Assembly: GCA_041662425.1 (NCBI GenBank)
Contig: JBAZSM010000002.1
Span: 38,159-102,158, forward strand
From: Pseudolabrys sp.
GTDB taxonomy: Bacteria; Pseudomonadota; Alphaproteobacteria; Rhizobiales; Xanthobacteraceae
DNA: 64,000 nucleotides
Reading direction: 5' to 3'
The notes under the pieces are model-generated. The model saw nothing but the letters and a program-made list of their open reading frames with translations, did not search any database and had not been told where the DNA came from. Both the position numbers and the translations under genes were made by a program. This document shows positions 8,777 to 19,000 of this stretch, in pieces. Numbering within the stretch: the first letter of the stretch is position 1; each line of letters begins with the position of its first letter.

Positions 8777-9370
8777 TCAAGCCTTCGCGCGCCGCACCCG
8801 GACATAGAGCGCGCCTTCGCCGCCATGGGCGATGTGCGCGTCCTCGAAGCCGACAACATAGTCGCGAAACTCGGGCAGCGACAGCCATTGCGGCACTTGC
8901 CGCCGCAGAACACCACGCTCACGGCCACCTTCGTCCGACGAAGCGGTTCTGCCTTTGCCTGTGATCACCAGTACAAGCCTGGCGTCCCGCGCACTCGCCG
9001 CGCGCAGAAATCGCAACAGCGCGTGGTGGGCCTCGCTTTGCGTCAGGCCGTGCAGGTCGAGCCGCGCGTCGATCTCGTGCTTGCCGCGCGCCACATTGCG
9101 TTTGGCGCGTCGCGACAACGGCGGCGCAACCGGCGCCGGCTTCGATGGCGACGGCGCTACGAGCGTCTCGGAATGAACCGGCTTGGCTTTGGCGCCGGCG
9201 CGTGGCCTGAGAGAATGCGACTTGGAAGTTTCGGGCGGCGGCGCGGCTTTATCGTCAGCGGCGTCCTGCTCCGCCGCTTGCGGTCGCAGCGGCTTCATCG
9301 ACTGGGTCACGGCGGTCCACAGCACGCGTTCTTCGTAGCTTAGAACGCGGCGCCTGCCGTCGCGGCTCAT
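8777..9370 (-). CDS. Smr domain-containing protein
   Basis: 197 aa; C-terminal ...IDARLDLHGLTQSEAHHALLRFL...LVLVITGKG...GVLRRQVPQWL... is the Smr/MutS2-type nuclease domain pattern. Confidence 0.88.
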   Translation of the reverse strand: MSRDGRRRVLSYEERVLWTAVTQSMKPLRPQAAEQDAADDKAAPPPETSKSHSLRPRAGAKAKPVHSETLVAPSPSKPAPVAPPLSRRAKRNVARGKHEIDARLDLHGLTQSEAHHALLRFLRAASARDARLVLVITGKGRTASSDEGGRERGVLRRQVPQWLSLPEFRDYVVGFEDAHIAHGGEGALYVRVRRAKA

Positions 9371-9382
9371 GATCTATTTCCG

Positions 9383-10642
9383 TTACGGCCGCGGCGTGCC
9401 GTCGGCGAAAACGGCATTTGGGCGCGGCTTCGGCAACGGCACGTTGGCCGCGGTATCGCCGTCGCCCTTCACCGCCACATCCTTTGGCACCAGCATGACG
9501 AATTTCCCGAACTGTTTGATGCGTCCGGCGATCGACGGAATATCCGGGCCGTGGCCGAAATAGATATCGGCCCGCGCCGCGCCGCGGATGGCGGAGCCGG
9601 TGTCCTGCGCCACCATCAGACGCCGGAAGCTGTCCTCTGGCGCCTCGCTCTTGAGCGGTAGCCTGGCGTCGATCCAGATCGGCGTGCCGTAAACGTGCAT
9701 GCTCGGATCGACCGCGATCGAGCGGCCCGGCGTCAACTGAATGCCCTGCGCGCCGAGGCATTCCTCGTGCGGCGCGAGCGTGGTCTTGGAAAAGAAAACA
9801 TAGGAGCGGTTCTTTTCACGCAGCGAGCGGCCATCGTCGGGATTCGCTTCCATGAACGCCCGGATCTTGTCCATCGACATTTCCTGCGGCGTGAACACGC
9901 CCCGATCGATGAGAATACGCCCAACCGGCGTATAGGGCTTGCCGTTGCTGGCAATGTAATTGAGCCGCATCAGGCCGCCATCGTCGAACTTCACGCGGGT
10001 CGAGCCCTGGATCTGCGCGAAGAAAGCATCGACCGGATTCTTCACCCAGCAGATTTCGAGGCCTTTGCCCTCAAGCGCGCCCTTGTCGATGTCGACGCGG
10101 TCGTACTGCGCGAACACCTTGCTGGTCTTGCCGGCGAACCTAGCCGGCACGCCGTAGAGCGGCACCGAATATTCGGCGGTCTTGACGCGCGAGCCGAGCA
10201 CTTCGGGTTCGTAATAGCCGGTATAGAAACCGTCGGCGCCGGTGTAATAACCGTAGGTGTGCATCGCAGGCAGAATGCGCACCGGCCTGAAATTCTCCTC
10301 AAAAAATTTGCGCGCGGTCGCGGCATCCGGCCGGCCGCCGGCAGCGATCGTCGTCCCCTTCCGGCAGGCATTGTAGAGCCCGCCGTAAACCGGCCGCGCC
10401 TTGCGCATGGCCTTGGTGCCATTGAGGATGGCACCGCAGCTTTTCAGATAAGTATCGAAGGCGGCGGCCTGGTCGTCGTCTCGCCAGCCTTCGAGTTTGT
10501 CGAAGGACAAAGGCTCAACCTGGGCGTTTCGCAATTTCATCGGCTGAGCCGCCGCTGAGGCGGTCGCCGCGCCAAGCAGACCAGAAGAAAACCCAAACAC
10601 GACAAGCCAACTCAATCGGCGCACCGCTGAGAATTTGGCCAT
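9383..10642 (-). CDS. mltA: murein transglycosylase A
   Basis: Start chosen at MAKFSAVRRLSWLVVFGFSSGLLGAATASAAAQP (signal peptide; ATG at 10640-10642, just after the upstream gene stop). ...LEGWRDDDQAAAFDTYLKSC... and C-terminal 3D-domain-like ...AQDTGSAIRG..RADIYFG. Confidence 0.9.
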   Translation of the reverse strand: MAKFSAVRRLSWLVVFGFSSGLLGAATASAAAQPMKLRNAQVEPLSFDKLEGWRDDDQAAAFDTYLKSCGAILNGTKAMRKARPVYGGLYNACRKGTTIAAGGRPDAATARKFFEENFRPVRILPAMHTYGYYTGADGFYTGYYEPEVLGSRVKTAEYSVPLYGVPARFAGKTSKVFAQYDRVDIDKGALEGKGLEICWVKNPVDAFFAQIQGSTRVKFDDGGLMRLNYIASNGKPYTPVGRILIDRGVFTPQEMSMDKIRAFMEANPDDGRSLREKNRSYVFFSKTTLAPHEECLGAQGIQLTPGRSIAVDPSMHVYGTPIWIDARLPLKSEAPEDSFRRLMVAQDTGSAIRGAARADIYFGHGPDIPSIAGRIKQFGKFVMLVPKDVAVKGDGDTAANVPLPKPRPNAVFADGTPRP

Positions 10643-10646
10643 TCGT

Positions 10647-11384
10647 CTACTGCCCGGCTTCGGTCGCGACCAGTTTCCAGTTCGGATCGCGCGAGGAGAC
10701 ATCGCGCGCGAAAGTCCACACGTCGGTGACATCGGTAACGCTCTCGGCATTGCCGTCGATCACCTCGCCCGCCTTGTTGCGTGTCACCGAGATGAGCTTC
10801 GACTGGAAGCGCACCGTGAGCTGCAGATTGCGTGCACGCACCTCGGCGCCGGTGATGGTCGCCTTGTCGATCGAGACAAACCGGCTCTCCACCACGTCGC
10901 CGCGCTTCTCGCGTTCGGTGATCGCGGTCTCGAAGCCGTCATAGACGTCACGCGACAGAAGACCGCGCAAAGTGCGCCGATCGCCTTCGGCATAGGCCGT
11001 GACGATCATCTCGTAGGCGGCGCGCGCGCCGGTCAGGAAGTGGTTGGCGTCAAAGCCGCGCTCGGCCGCGGCCACGGCGTCGAGACCGGCGGCGACCGGC
11101 GAACCCGCCTCGGCAATACCTTTCCAGCGCTCGGCCGGCGCGACGGGCTCAGCGGCGTCTTCGGATTTCTTCGCGGCGGCGTCCGCCGGCCGGTTGGGCA
11201 ATGACACGACATTTTCGCCCGCAGGCCGCGCCGGCTCGCGTGCGGCGTACGGATCATATGGCGGCCGCTCCCGACCAGTGCGCTGCCCGAGCACGCTGCG
11301 CAGCCGCAGGAAAATGAACACCGCGAGCGCCAGAAAGATGATGGTGTAGATGTCGAACAAGTCCTGCATACTTTCGGCTACCAT
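10647..11384 (-). CDS. Tim44-like domain-containing membrane protein
   Basis: 245 aa; N-terminal TM helix (IYTIIFLALAVFIFL), then ...FDANHFLTGARAAYEMIVTAYAEGDRRTLRGLLSRDVYDGF...VWTFARD..S.DPNWKLVAT. Alternative start at 11369. Confidence 0.85.
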   Translation of the reverse strand: MVAESMQDLFDIYTIIFLALAVFIFLRLRSVLGQRTGRERPPYDPYAAREPARPAGENVVSLPNRPADAAAKKSEDAAEPVAPAERWKGIAEAGSPVAAGLDAVAAAERGFDANHFLTGARAAYEMIVTAYAEGDRRTLRGLLSRDVYDGFETAITEREKRGDVVESRFVSIDKATITGAEVRARNLQLTVRFQSKLISVTRNKAGEVIDGNAESVTDVTDVWTFARDVSSRDPNWKLVATEAGQ

Positions 11385-11585
11385 ACCGGAGGAGGCTTCG
11401 CGTCCGGCCTGTTGGCGTCAGATTCCCGCTCGACGGCGTAGCGGTTGGGCCCACCCGTATTATTTAAGCTGTCGGATGCGCCGATCCAGAGGTTTGGCGC
11501 CGCGAACCGGCGCATTTTGGACCTGCCGGACCTTAGACGATTGAGGCGCCCGCGCCAACATCGACGGTCCATCGGAGGAAGACCG

Positions 11586-12068
11586 ATGAATGTGGCAAAA
11601 TGGCTGTTGCTCGGCCTTCTGGTGCTGCCGGTGGCCGAACTGGCCGCTTTTATCGCTGTCGCCGCCGCCTATGGCTTCGTCCTGGCCCTCGCCCTCCTGA
11701 TCGCCGGTTCGGTCGCCGGGGGTCTTATTTTGAGGCATGCCGGCGGAAACCATGTCCAGCGCATGCGCGTCGCCATGCAGGAAGGCCTGAACGGCAACAG
11801 TTTCACCTCGCTGCGCGCCGACGGTATCGGCGGACTGACGCTGCTGGGCGGATTCCTGCTGGCGGTTCCGGGATTTATCACGGACTTTCTCGGCCTTCTG
11901 GTGCTGCTGGTTCCGCTGTGGCGCAGCCTCAATGAGGCGCTTGGCCGCAGGCCGCTGGCGCCGCGAACCGACGGCGTGGTCGACCTCGAACCGGAGCAAT
12001 GGCACCGCGTCGACGATCCCTCGCTGCCCGGCCGGCGACCCGGCAACGGCACCGACCCGCAGCGCTGA
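11586..12068 (+). CDS. fxsA: FxsA family membrane protein
   Basis: Start MNVAKWLLLGLLVLPVAELAAFIAV... (ATG at 11586, GGAGGAAG upstream). ...PGFITDFLGLLVLLVP... is typical of FxsA. Confidence 0.85.
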   Translation: MNVAKWLLLGLLVLPVAELAAFIAVAAAYGFVLALALLIAGSVAGGLILRHAGGNHVQRMRVAMQEGLNGNSFTSLRADGIGGLTLLGGFLLAVPGFITDFLGLLVLLVPLWRSLNEALGRRPLAPRTDGVVDLEPEQWHRVDDPSLPGRRPGNGTDPQR

Positions 12069-12187
12069 ACCACCCGTTCACGATGTCCAACGATACGGTT
12101 CGCGGCGGTACAACCGCGGCGGCCGCCGTCCTTGTTCAGCAAAAGGCACCGTGTTAGCCAACCGCCGCATTAACAGAGGATTGTTTC

Positions 12188-12679
12188 ATGACGTCCACGA
12201 ACGGCGGCCAGCCCGAGGAATTCAACCCGGACCAGGCGCCTCAGCTCAATGTGGTGGCGCAGTACATCAAGGATTTCTCGTTCGAGAACCCGAACGCGCC
12301 GAAGTCGCTCGTCGCCGCCCAGCAGCAGCCGCAGATCAGCATTCAGATCAACGTCAACGCGGCGCCGATTTCCGACACCGACATCGAGGTCGTGCTGCAA
12401 TTGAGCGGCAAGGCGGAAACGTCCGGCAGCCTGATGTTCAGCTTCGAACTGGCCTTCGGCGGCGTGTTCCGCATCCGCAACGTGCCGCCCGAAAGCATGA
12501 ACCCGGTGGTGCTGATCGAATGCCCGCGCCTTCTGTTCCCGTTCGCCCGCGAGATCATTGCCACGACCGTGCGCAACGGCGGCTTTCCGCCCCTGCTGCT
12601 CGATCCGGTCGATTTCGTCGCGCTTTATCGTCAGAAGATGGCGCAGATGACTTCAAGCGTGAGCGCCGAACAGAACTAA
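12188..12679 (+). CDS. secB: protein-export chaperone SecB
   Basis: 163 aa, ...[20 protein letters not shown]...[18 protein letters not shown]... Confidence 0.96.
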   Translation: MTSTNGGQPEEFNPDQAPQLNVVAQYIKDFSFENPNAPKSLVAAQQQPQISIQINVNAAPISDTDIEVVLQLSGKAETSGSLMFSFELAFGGVFRIRNVPPESMNPVVLIECPRLLFPFAREIIATTVRNGGFPPLLLDPVDFVALYRQKMAQMTSSVSAEQN

Positions 12680-12711
12680 CCGGACGTTGAGCCCGGCCTG
12701 CGTCATCACGC

Positions 12712-13404
12712 CTAACGCTGATATCGAAGCCAGATCGCCTCTTCGCCGAGCGTCGCGATGAACTCGCGATGCGCGGCGATCTCCGCGTCGGTCACCCGCG
12801 GCTTGAGCGGGGCCGGCCGGGTTCGCGTCACGGCACCGCCGGCCGCAAAGGCGCGCGGCGAAATGCTTTCGGCAAGTCCAAGCGACGCCTGCCGTCCGCC
12901 GAGCAACTCCAGATAAACCTCGGCCAGAATCTCGGCATCGAGCAACGCGCCGTGCTTGGTTCGGCGCGAATTGTCGATGCCATAGCGCCCACACAAGGCA
13001 TCGAGACTGTAGGGACCGGCGGAATGCTTGCGCCGCGCCAGCGCCAAAGTATCGACCAGACGATCGCGCGCGATCAAGGCGCGGTTGAGACGCTTGAGCT
13101 CGGCGCAGAGAAAGCCATGGTCGAAGCTCGCATTGTGGATCACGAGCGGCGCATCGTCGCCGATGAAGCTCAGGAACTCATCGACGACTTCGTTGAATTT
13201 CTTGTGCTTGCTGAGAAAATCAGCCGACAGCCCATGCACGTTGAAGGCTTCCGCCGGCATGTCGCGTTCGGGATTGATATAGGCGTGAAACGTCGACCCG
13301 GTCGGAATGCGGTTCAACAGCTCGATGCAGCCCAGTTCGACGAGGCGATGACCCTGGTTTGGATCGAGGCCGGTGGTTTCAGTATCGAGAACGATTTCGC
13401 GCAT
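12712..13404 (-). CDS. dnaQ: DNA polymerase III subunit epsilon
   Basis: 230 aa, MREIVLDTETTGLDP...LVIHNASFDHGFL...HGALLDAEILAEVYLEL (Exo I-III motifs). Confidence 0.96.
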   Translation of the reverse strand: MREIVLDTETTGLDPNQGHRLVELGCIELLNRIPTGSTFHAYINPERDMPAEAFNVHGLSADFLSKHKKFNEVVDEFLSFIGDDAPLVIHNASFDHGFLCAELKRLNRALIARDRLVDTLALARRKHSAGPYSLDALCGRYGIDNSRRTKHGALLDAEILAEVYLELLGGRQASLGLAESISPRAFAAGGAVTRTRPAPLKPRVTDAEIAAHREFIATLGEEAIWLRYQR

Positions 13405-13405
13405 A

Positions 13406-13433
13406 GGCTATCGGGGTTGGGCTATCGGGGTTG
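13406..13433. repeat. 14-bp tandem duplication (GGCTATCGGGGTTG x2)
   Basis: 13406-13419 and 13420-13433 are identical by eye. Sits between the coaE stop and the dnaQ start. Confidence 0.8.
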
Positions 13434-13452
13434 AAACATCTCGCACCGCGAC

Positions 13453-14052
13453 TCAGCGGGCCTTCTTGTCCATCATACGCACTTTATTCAAGACTTCACG
13501 CACCTGCGCGCGTGCCGCGTCGAATCCACGCGACGTATCCACGATGAAATCGGCCCGGGCGCGCTTATCCGTATCGGGCATCTGCTTGGCCAATATCGCG
13601 GCAAACCGCTCCTCCGTCATGCCGGCCCGCGCCAGCACGCGTTCGCGCTGCAGCCCGGCCGGCGCCGAGACGACGACCACCGCATCGCAGCTTTCGTCGC
13701 CGCCGGTCTCGTAGAGCAGCGGAATATCGAGAACGGCGACATCGGCGCCGCCTTGTTTCGCTTCGGCCAGAAAGCGCTCGCGCTCCTGCGCGACAAGCGG
13801 ATGCACGATCCTCTCGAGCCGGGCGATGGCTTCCGGGTTGCCGATCACCTGCGCGCCCAATTTGGTGCGGTCAACTTTACCGCCCGCCGTCGTGCCGGGG
13901 AAAGCCGCTTCGATCGCGGCCGTCGCCGCGCCTTCGTAGAGCCGGTGAACCACCGCGTCGGCGTCCTGCACCGGCACGCCTTCCTCGGCGAACATCTTCG
14001 CCGTGGCGGACTTGCCCATGCCGATCGAGCCGGTCAGACCGAGGACGAACAT
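13453..14052 (-). CDS. coaE: dephospho-CoA kinase
   Basis: 199 aa, [21 protein letters not shown]... Confidence 0.95.
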   Translation of the reverse strand: MFVLGLTGSIGMGKSATAKMFAEEGVPVQDADAVVHRLYEGAATAAIEAAFPGTTAGGKVDRTKLGAQVIGNPEAIARLERIVHPLVAQERERFLAEAKQGGADVAVLDIPLLYETGGDESCDAVVVVSAPAGLQRERVLARAGMTEERFAAILAKQMPDTDKRARADFIVDTSRGFDAARAQVREVLNKVRMMDKKAR

Positions 14053-14064
14053 GCCGCATGTCCC

Positions 14065-14673
14065 TCAGCCATCGACATAACCGCCCTCGCGCAGGAATTT
14101 CAGGAGCGGCAAAAGCGGCAGGCCGAGAATGGTGAAATAGTCGCCTTCGACGCGCTCGAACAAATGAATGCCGATGCCTTCGAGCTGATAGGCGCCGACG
14201 CTGGTCAGCGCGACATCGCCGGTCATTTCCAGATAGTCGTCGAGAAACCGATCCGAAAAGTCGCGCATGGTCAGCCGCGCGGTGTCGACCAGTTCGAACA
14301 GCACCTCATCGTTACGCACCAGCGCGATGCCCGAATGCAGTTCATGCGTCCGGCCGCGCAACGATTTCAATTGCGACGCCGCCTCTACCCGATTGACCGG
14401 TTTGGTCAGCCGCATATTGCCCCGCGCCAATGTCTGGTCGGCGCCAAGCACGATCTGGCCCGGCATCAGCTTCGCGACCGCCATCGCCTTGGCTTTGGCC
14501 AGCAGGCGCGCCGCGGCGAAAGCATCGCCGACATTGGCGTCCGCCTCGATGGCGCGTTCATCGATGTGCGCCGGACGGATGCCGAAGCGCAAACCCGAGG
14601 CAGCAAGCAGCTTGCCGCGAATGTCACTTTTCGAGGCGAGAACCAGGGGCTGCGCTGCGATCCAAAGGGGCAT
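14065..14673 (-). CDS. maf: Maf family nucleoside triphosphate pyrophosphatase
   Basis: 202 aa, ...LVLASKSDIRGKLL...GADQTL...GAYQLEGIG... Confidence 0.92.
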   Translation of the reverse strand: MPLWIAAQPLVLASKSDIRGKLLAASGLRFGIRPAHIDERAIEADANVGDAFAAARLLAKAKAMAVAKLMPGQIVLGADQTLARGNMRLTKPVNRVEAASQLKSLRGRTHELHSGIALVRNDEVLFELVDTARLTMRDFSDRFLDDYLEMTGDVALTSVGAYQLEGIGIHLFERVEGDYFTILGLPLLPLLKFLREGGYVDG

Positions 14674-14688
14674 GAAGCTTGTTTCTTT

Positions 14689-15522
14689 CTAAAGCACCGG
14701 CCGGCGCCGGCGCTCGCTGAGCAGCTTCATCACGGCGGCGGCGGTTTCCTCGATCGAACGACGGGTCACGTCAATGATCGGCCAGTTGTGTTTAGCGCAG
14801 AGCCTGCGTGAATAGGCGACTTCCTCGGCCACCGCCGCCCGGTCGATATAGCGGTCGTCGTCGCGATGCGCGTTGAGCCCGAGCAGGCGGTTTTCGCGGA
14901 TCTGGACGATGCGCTCCGGACTCGCATAAAGCCCAACGACCAGGGGACGGGTCAGTTTTTCGACTTCCGGCGCCAGCGTCACGGCCGGCACCAGCGGCAC
15001 GTTGCCGGTCTTGATACCGCGATTGGCCAGGTAGATCGATGTCGGCGTCTTCGAGGTCCGCGACACGCCGATCAGAACGACATCGGCATCTTCGAGTCCG
15101 ACGACGTTCTGGCCGTCGTCATGCAGCATGGTGTAGTTGAGCGCGTCGATACGGTTGAAATATTCGGCATTGAGAACGTGCTGCGCGCCGACGCGATGAA
15201 TGGTTTCGGTACCAAGATACGCCTGGAACAGCCGCAGGATCGGGCCGAGCACGGACATGCACGGCAGACCCAGTTCGCGGCACTTTTCCTCAAGCAGCTG
15301 GATCAGATCTTCTTCCAGCAGCGTATAGAGGACGAGCCCGGGAGCTTCGGTGATTTCGGCGAGACAGTGGTCGAGCTGCTTCTTCGAGCGCACCATCGGG
15401 TAGAGATGTTCGACCGGCGCAACATTGGCGTACTGCGCCGCGGCGGCGCGCGCCACCGTAATCAGTGTCTCGCCGGTCGCATCCGAAACCAGATGCAAAT
15501 GAAAGTAGCCTGTATCGGACAT
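14689..15522 (-). CDS. DUF299 kinase/pyrophosphorylase (pyruvate, phosphate dikinase regulatory protein family)
   Basis: 277 aa, ...[14 protein letters not shown]...[35 protein letters not shown]... Equivalent to the first gene next to the Caulobacter origin. Confidence 0.9.
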   Translation of the reverse strand: MSDTGYFHLHLVSDATGETLITVARAAAAQYANVAPVEHLYPMVRSKKQLDHCLAEITEAPGLVLYTLLEEDLIQLLEEKCRELGLPCMSVLGPILRLFQAYLGTETIHRVGAQHVLNAEYFNRIDALNYTMLHDDGQNVVGLEDADVVLIGVSRTSKTPTSIYLANRGIKTGNVPLVPAVTLAPEVEKLTRPLVVGLYASPERIVQIRENRLLGLNAHRDDDRYIDRAAVAEEVAYSRRLCAKHNWPIIDVTRRSIEETAAAVMKLLSERRRRPVL

Positions 15523-15900
15523 CTGTATGGAAACCGGACGAGATGTGAATTGCAGGGGACGAATGGCGTCCCGGACAGGCCATGTAAGCGGGCGCGGCAG
15601 GGCAGGTCAATTTTTGTCCACATTCCGGTTTGTGGGAGACGCGTGACGACGCGTTGTGCTCGTTCTCCGCCGATGTGGACGGCGGGTTGGGGACAAGGTG
15701 GGATAAGCCGCTAAAATCGAGCAATTCGTGAGTTTTTGCGGTGGATGGAAATAAGGCGGATAGGGTGTGAAACTGAATGGCGGACTTGGTAGCGGTGGAC
15801 AGACTGTTGACCGCGAGTCATGAGTCTAATCGACAGCGTAACAGTAACTACAAACAGAATTTTAAGAGTCTTTAGGAAGCAAGCCGTGAAAGCAGAGCCT
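15523..15900. other. probable chromosomal replication origin (oriC)
   Basis: Intergenic gap between the DUF299 gene and hemE, which is the conserved alphaproteobacterial origin position. DnaA-box-like 9-mers: TTGTCCACA at 15614-15622 (8/9 to TTATCCACA), TGTGGACGG at 15674, GTGGGATAA at 15698, GGTGGATGG at 15740, GGTGGACAG at 15794. Three GAGTC (GANTC) sites at 15815, 15822 and 15866. AT-richer stretch at 15825-15880. Confidence 0.65.
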
Positions 15901-16929
15901 ATGGGGACAAAGCCCCTGCTGCGCGTATTGAAAGGTCACACGCAAGAGATTCCACCGGTCTGGATGATGCGGCAGGCTGGCCGATATCTGCCGGAATATC
16001 GCGAGGTGCGTGCCAAAGCCGGCGGCTTTCTCGATCTCTGCTTCAATCCGGAACTGGCAGCGGAAGTGACGTTGCAGCCGATCCGGCGGTTCGGTTTTGA
16101 TGCGGCAATTTTATTTTCCGACATCCTCGTGATGCCGTTGGCGCTGGGCCGAAAGGTCGAGTTTCTGGCCGGCGAAGGCCCGAAGCTTGAACCGATGACC
16201 GGTGCGGATTCACTTTCTGGCTTGCGCGAGCGCGTCGATTCCGATGTCTTCGCGCCGATCTACGAGACAGTCCGGCGGGCCAAATCGCAGCTCGACGACA
16301 AGACGGCGCTGATCGGATTTTGCGGCGCGCCGTGGACGGTCGCGACCTATATGGTCGCCGGCGAAGGCACCTCGGACCAGGCGCCGGCGCGGCTGTTCGC
16401 CTATCGAGATCCGGAGAACTTCAAGCGCATCATCGACAGGCTGGTGTTAGGCTCGATCGAATATCTCGTTGGCCAGCTCAAGGCCGGCGCGGATTGCGTA
16501 CAGATCTTTGATACCTGGGCCGGCATTTTGCCGCCCGAGCAATTCGATCGCTGGTGCATGGAACCGACCGAGAAGATCGTTGCCGGTGTCCGCGCGCAGG
16601 TCCCAGGCGCCAAGATCATCGGCTTTCCGCGTGGCGCCGGCGCGATGGCGCTGCCCTATGTGGAGATCACCGGCGTTGACGCCATCGGCCTCGACTGGTC
16701 GTTTCCGCGCAGTCTGGCGCACGATATCTTGCAACCCCGCGTGCCGGTGCAAGGCAACGTGGATCCGCTGGCGCTGTTGGCCGGCGGCGTTGCGCTCGAC
16801 CGCGAAGTTGACGACGTCCTGACGCTGGCCGACCGTCCGCTGATCTTCAATCTTGGTCACGGCATCCTGCCGGCAACGCCGATCGAGCACGTCGAGCGGA
16901 TGCTGAAGCGGGTGCGCCAAGGGGAATAG
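15901..16929 (+). CDS. hemE: uroporphyrinogen decarboxylase
   Basis: [37 protein letters not shown]... HemE-like sequence begins at the ATG at 15901. The ORF-track start 15820 would extend into the origin region. Confidence 0.95.
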   Translation: MGTKPLLRVLKGHTQEIPPVWMMRQAGRYLPEYREVRAKAGGFLDLCFNPELAAEVTLQPIRRFGFDAAILFSDILVMPLALGRKVEFLAGEGPKLEPMTGADSLSGLRERVDSDVFAPIYETVRRAKSQLDDKTALIGFCGAPWTVATYMVAGEGTSDQAPARLFAYRDPENFKRIIDRLVLGSIEYLVGQLKAGADCVQIFDTWAGILPPEQFDRWCMEPTEKIVAGVRAQVPGAKIIGFPRGAGAMALPYVEITGVDAIGLDWSFPRSLAHDILQPRVPVQGNVDPLALLAGGVALDREVDDVLTLADRPLIFNLGHGILPATPIEHVERMLKRVRQGE

Positions 16930-16935
16930 CCGCCC

Positions 16936-17358
16936 ATGTACCTCTGGATCAAAGCCGTGCACGTCATCGCCGTCATCTCGTGGATGGCGGGCATGCTCTA
17001 TCTGCCGCGTTTGTTCGTGTATCACGCGGGCGCCGAACCGGGCTCGCAGCAGGCCCGTACCTTCGAGGTCATGGAGCATCGGCTGCTGCGCTTCATCATG
17101 ACGCCGGCCATGGCGGTGACCTGGATCGCCGGCGTCGTGTTGATGCTGGAGGGCGGCTTTCTGACCGCTGGGTGGCTCCACGCCAAGCTGGCGGCGGTCG
17201 TGGTCATGAGTGCGGTGCACGGCCTGCTGAGCCGCTGGGCGAAGGAATTTGCCGCCGGCCGCAACCGGCACGACGCCAAATTCTATCGGATTATCAATGA
17301 AATACCGACAGTCCTGCTGATCTTTATCGTCATCATGGTGGTGGTGAAGCCGTTTTAG
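16936..17358 (+). CDS. hemJ: protoporphyrinogen oxidase HemJ family membrane protein
   Basis: 140 aa, MYLWIKAVHVIAVISWMAGMLYLPRLFVYH...; 4 TM; next to hemE. Confidence 0.88.
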   Translation: MYLWIKAVHVIAVISWMAGMLYLPRLFVYHAGAEPGSQQARTFEVMEHRLLRFIMTPAMAVTWIAGVVLMLEGGFLTAGWLHAKLAAVVVMSAVHGLLSRWAKEFAAGRNRHDAKFYRIINEIPTVLLIFIVIMVVVKPF

Positions 17359-17648
17359 ACCGCTTAACTAGCGGCGTTCGAATTTGACGGCGGGCAAGCT
17401 CGCCCCTTGCGCGAAGTCTCAGGCTCACTTATCTTTGCCAAATCCCACCGAACGCAGGCGGATGCATTCGCGTACCGGAACCGAACGTTCGGAACCGTCG
17501 CCGCATCGGGCCCCGGGGCCTCTTCCTGAAAAGCCCGACGTAAGATCCCGACACGTCAATCCAGTCCTGCGATCCCACTCTCTCCGTTGCCGGCATCAGC
17601 CCCACATTTCAATGGCTCAAACCGGTTTCCCTTAAGGACCCACCCCGC
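17359..17648 (+). promoter_or_regulatory. long rho leader with C-rich/G-poor (rut-like) 3' half
   Basis: 290 nt non-coding. In 17531-17648 I count 48 C versus 21 G in 118 nt. Confidence 0.5.
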
Positions 17649-18914
17649 ATGCGGGAAATGAAGCTCCAGGACCTCAAGTCCAAGACGCCCGCCGAACTTC
17701 TGTCTTTTGCCGAAGAGCACCAGGTCGAGAACGCCTCAACCCTGCGCAAGCAGGAATTGATGTTCGCGATCCTGAAGCAGCTCGCCGCGCAGGAGATCGA
17801 GATCATCGGCGAAGGCGTGGTCGAAGTCCTCTCCGACGGTTTCGGCTTTTTGCGCTCGCCGGAATCGAACTACCTCTCCGGGCCGGACGACATTTACGTC
17901 TCGCCCTCGCAGATCCGCCGTTTCGGCCTGCGCACCGGCGACACCGTCGAAGGCCAGATTCGTTCGCCGAAGGAAGGCGAGCGCTATTTCGCGCTGCTCA
18001 AGGTCAACACGATCAATTTCGAGGACCCCGAGAAGGCGCGCCACAAGATCAATTTCGATAATCTGACGCCGCTCTATCCCGACGAGCGGCTGAAGATGGA
18101 ACACGACGATCCGACCAAGAAGGATCTGTCGGCCCGCGTCATCGACATCGTGGCGCCCATCGGCAAAGGCCAGCGCGCCCTTGTCGTGGCGCCGCCGCGC
18201 ACCGGCAAAACGGTGCTGCTGCAGAACATCGCCCACGCCATCACGGCCAACCACCCGGAATGCTATCTGATCGTTCTTCTGATCGACGAACGTCCGGAAG
18301 AAGTCACCGACATGCAGCGCTCCGTGAAGGGCGAGGTTGTGTCGTCGACCTTCGACGAACCGGCGACCCGCCACGTCGCGGTGGCCGAAATGGTTATCGA
18401 AAAGGCCAAGCGCCTGGTCGAACATGGCCGTGACGTCGTCATCCTGCTCGACTCGATCACCCGCCTTGGCCGCGCCTACAACACCGTGGTGCCGTCATCC
18501 GGCAAGGTGCTGACCGGCGGTGTCGACGCCAATGCGTTGCAGCGGCCCAAGCGTTTCTTCGGCGCCGCGCGTAACATCGAGGAGGGCGGCTCGCTCACCA
18601 TCATCGCTACCGCACTGATCGATACCGGCAGCCGCATGGACGAAGTCATTTTCGAAGAGTTCAAGGGCACCGGCAACTCGGAGCTCATTCTCGATCGCAA
18701 GGTCGCGGACAAGCGCACCTTCCCGGCCATCGATATCACGCGTTCCGGCACCCGCAAGGAAGAGCTCCTGGTCGAGCCGGCCGTGCTCAAGAAGATGTAC
18801 GTGCTGCGCCGCATCCTCAATCCGATGGGAACGATGGACGCCATCGACTTCCTGCTCGACAAGCTGCGCAACACCAAGAGCAACGGCGAGTTCTTCGAGA
18901 GCATGAATACGTAA
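17649..18914 (+). CDS. rho: transcription termination factor Rho
   Basis: 421 aa, [23 protein letters not shown]...[15 protein letters not shown]...[14 protein letters not shown]... Confidence 0.99.
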   Translation: MREMKLQDLKSKTPAELLSFAEEHQVENASTLRKQELMFAILKQLAAQEIEIIGEGVVEVLSDGFGFLRSPESNYLSGPDDIYVSPSQIRRFGLRTGDTVEGQIRSPKEGERYFALLKVNTINFEDPEKARHKINFDNLTPLYPDERLKMEHDDPTKKDLSARVIDIVAPIGKGQRALVVAPPRTGKTVLLQNIAHAITANHPECYLIVLLIDERPEEVTDMQRSVKGEVVSSTFDEPATRHVAVAEMVIEKAKRLVEHGRDVVILLDSITRLGRAYNTVVPSSGKVLTGGVDANALQRPKRFFGAARNIEEGGSLTIIATALIDTGSRMDEVIFEEFKGTGNSELILDRKVADKRTFPAIDITRSGTRKEELLVEPAVLKKMYVLRRILNPMGTMDAIDFLLDKLRNTKSNGEFFESMNT

Positions 18915-18940
18915 CGCGCAGCATTTGCTGCGCTGAAATG

Positions 18941-18971
18941 AAAATGGCCGGGCATTGCGCCCGGCCATTTT
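18941..18971. terminator. bidirectional intrinsic terminator between rho and pcaG
   Basis: AAA-ATGGCCGGGC-attgc-GCCCGGCCAT-TTT: a 10-bp perfect GC-rich stem flanked by A and T tracts. A second hairpin GCGCAGC-attt-GCTGCGC lies at 18916-18933. Confidence 0.8.
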
Positions 18972-19000
18972 GCATTATCCAGTGCGGAGAACGCGCCCCC

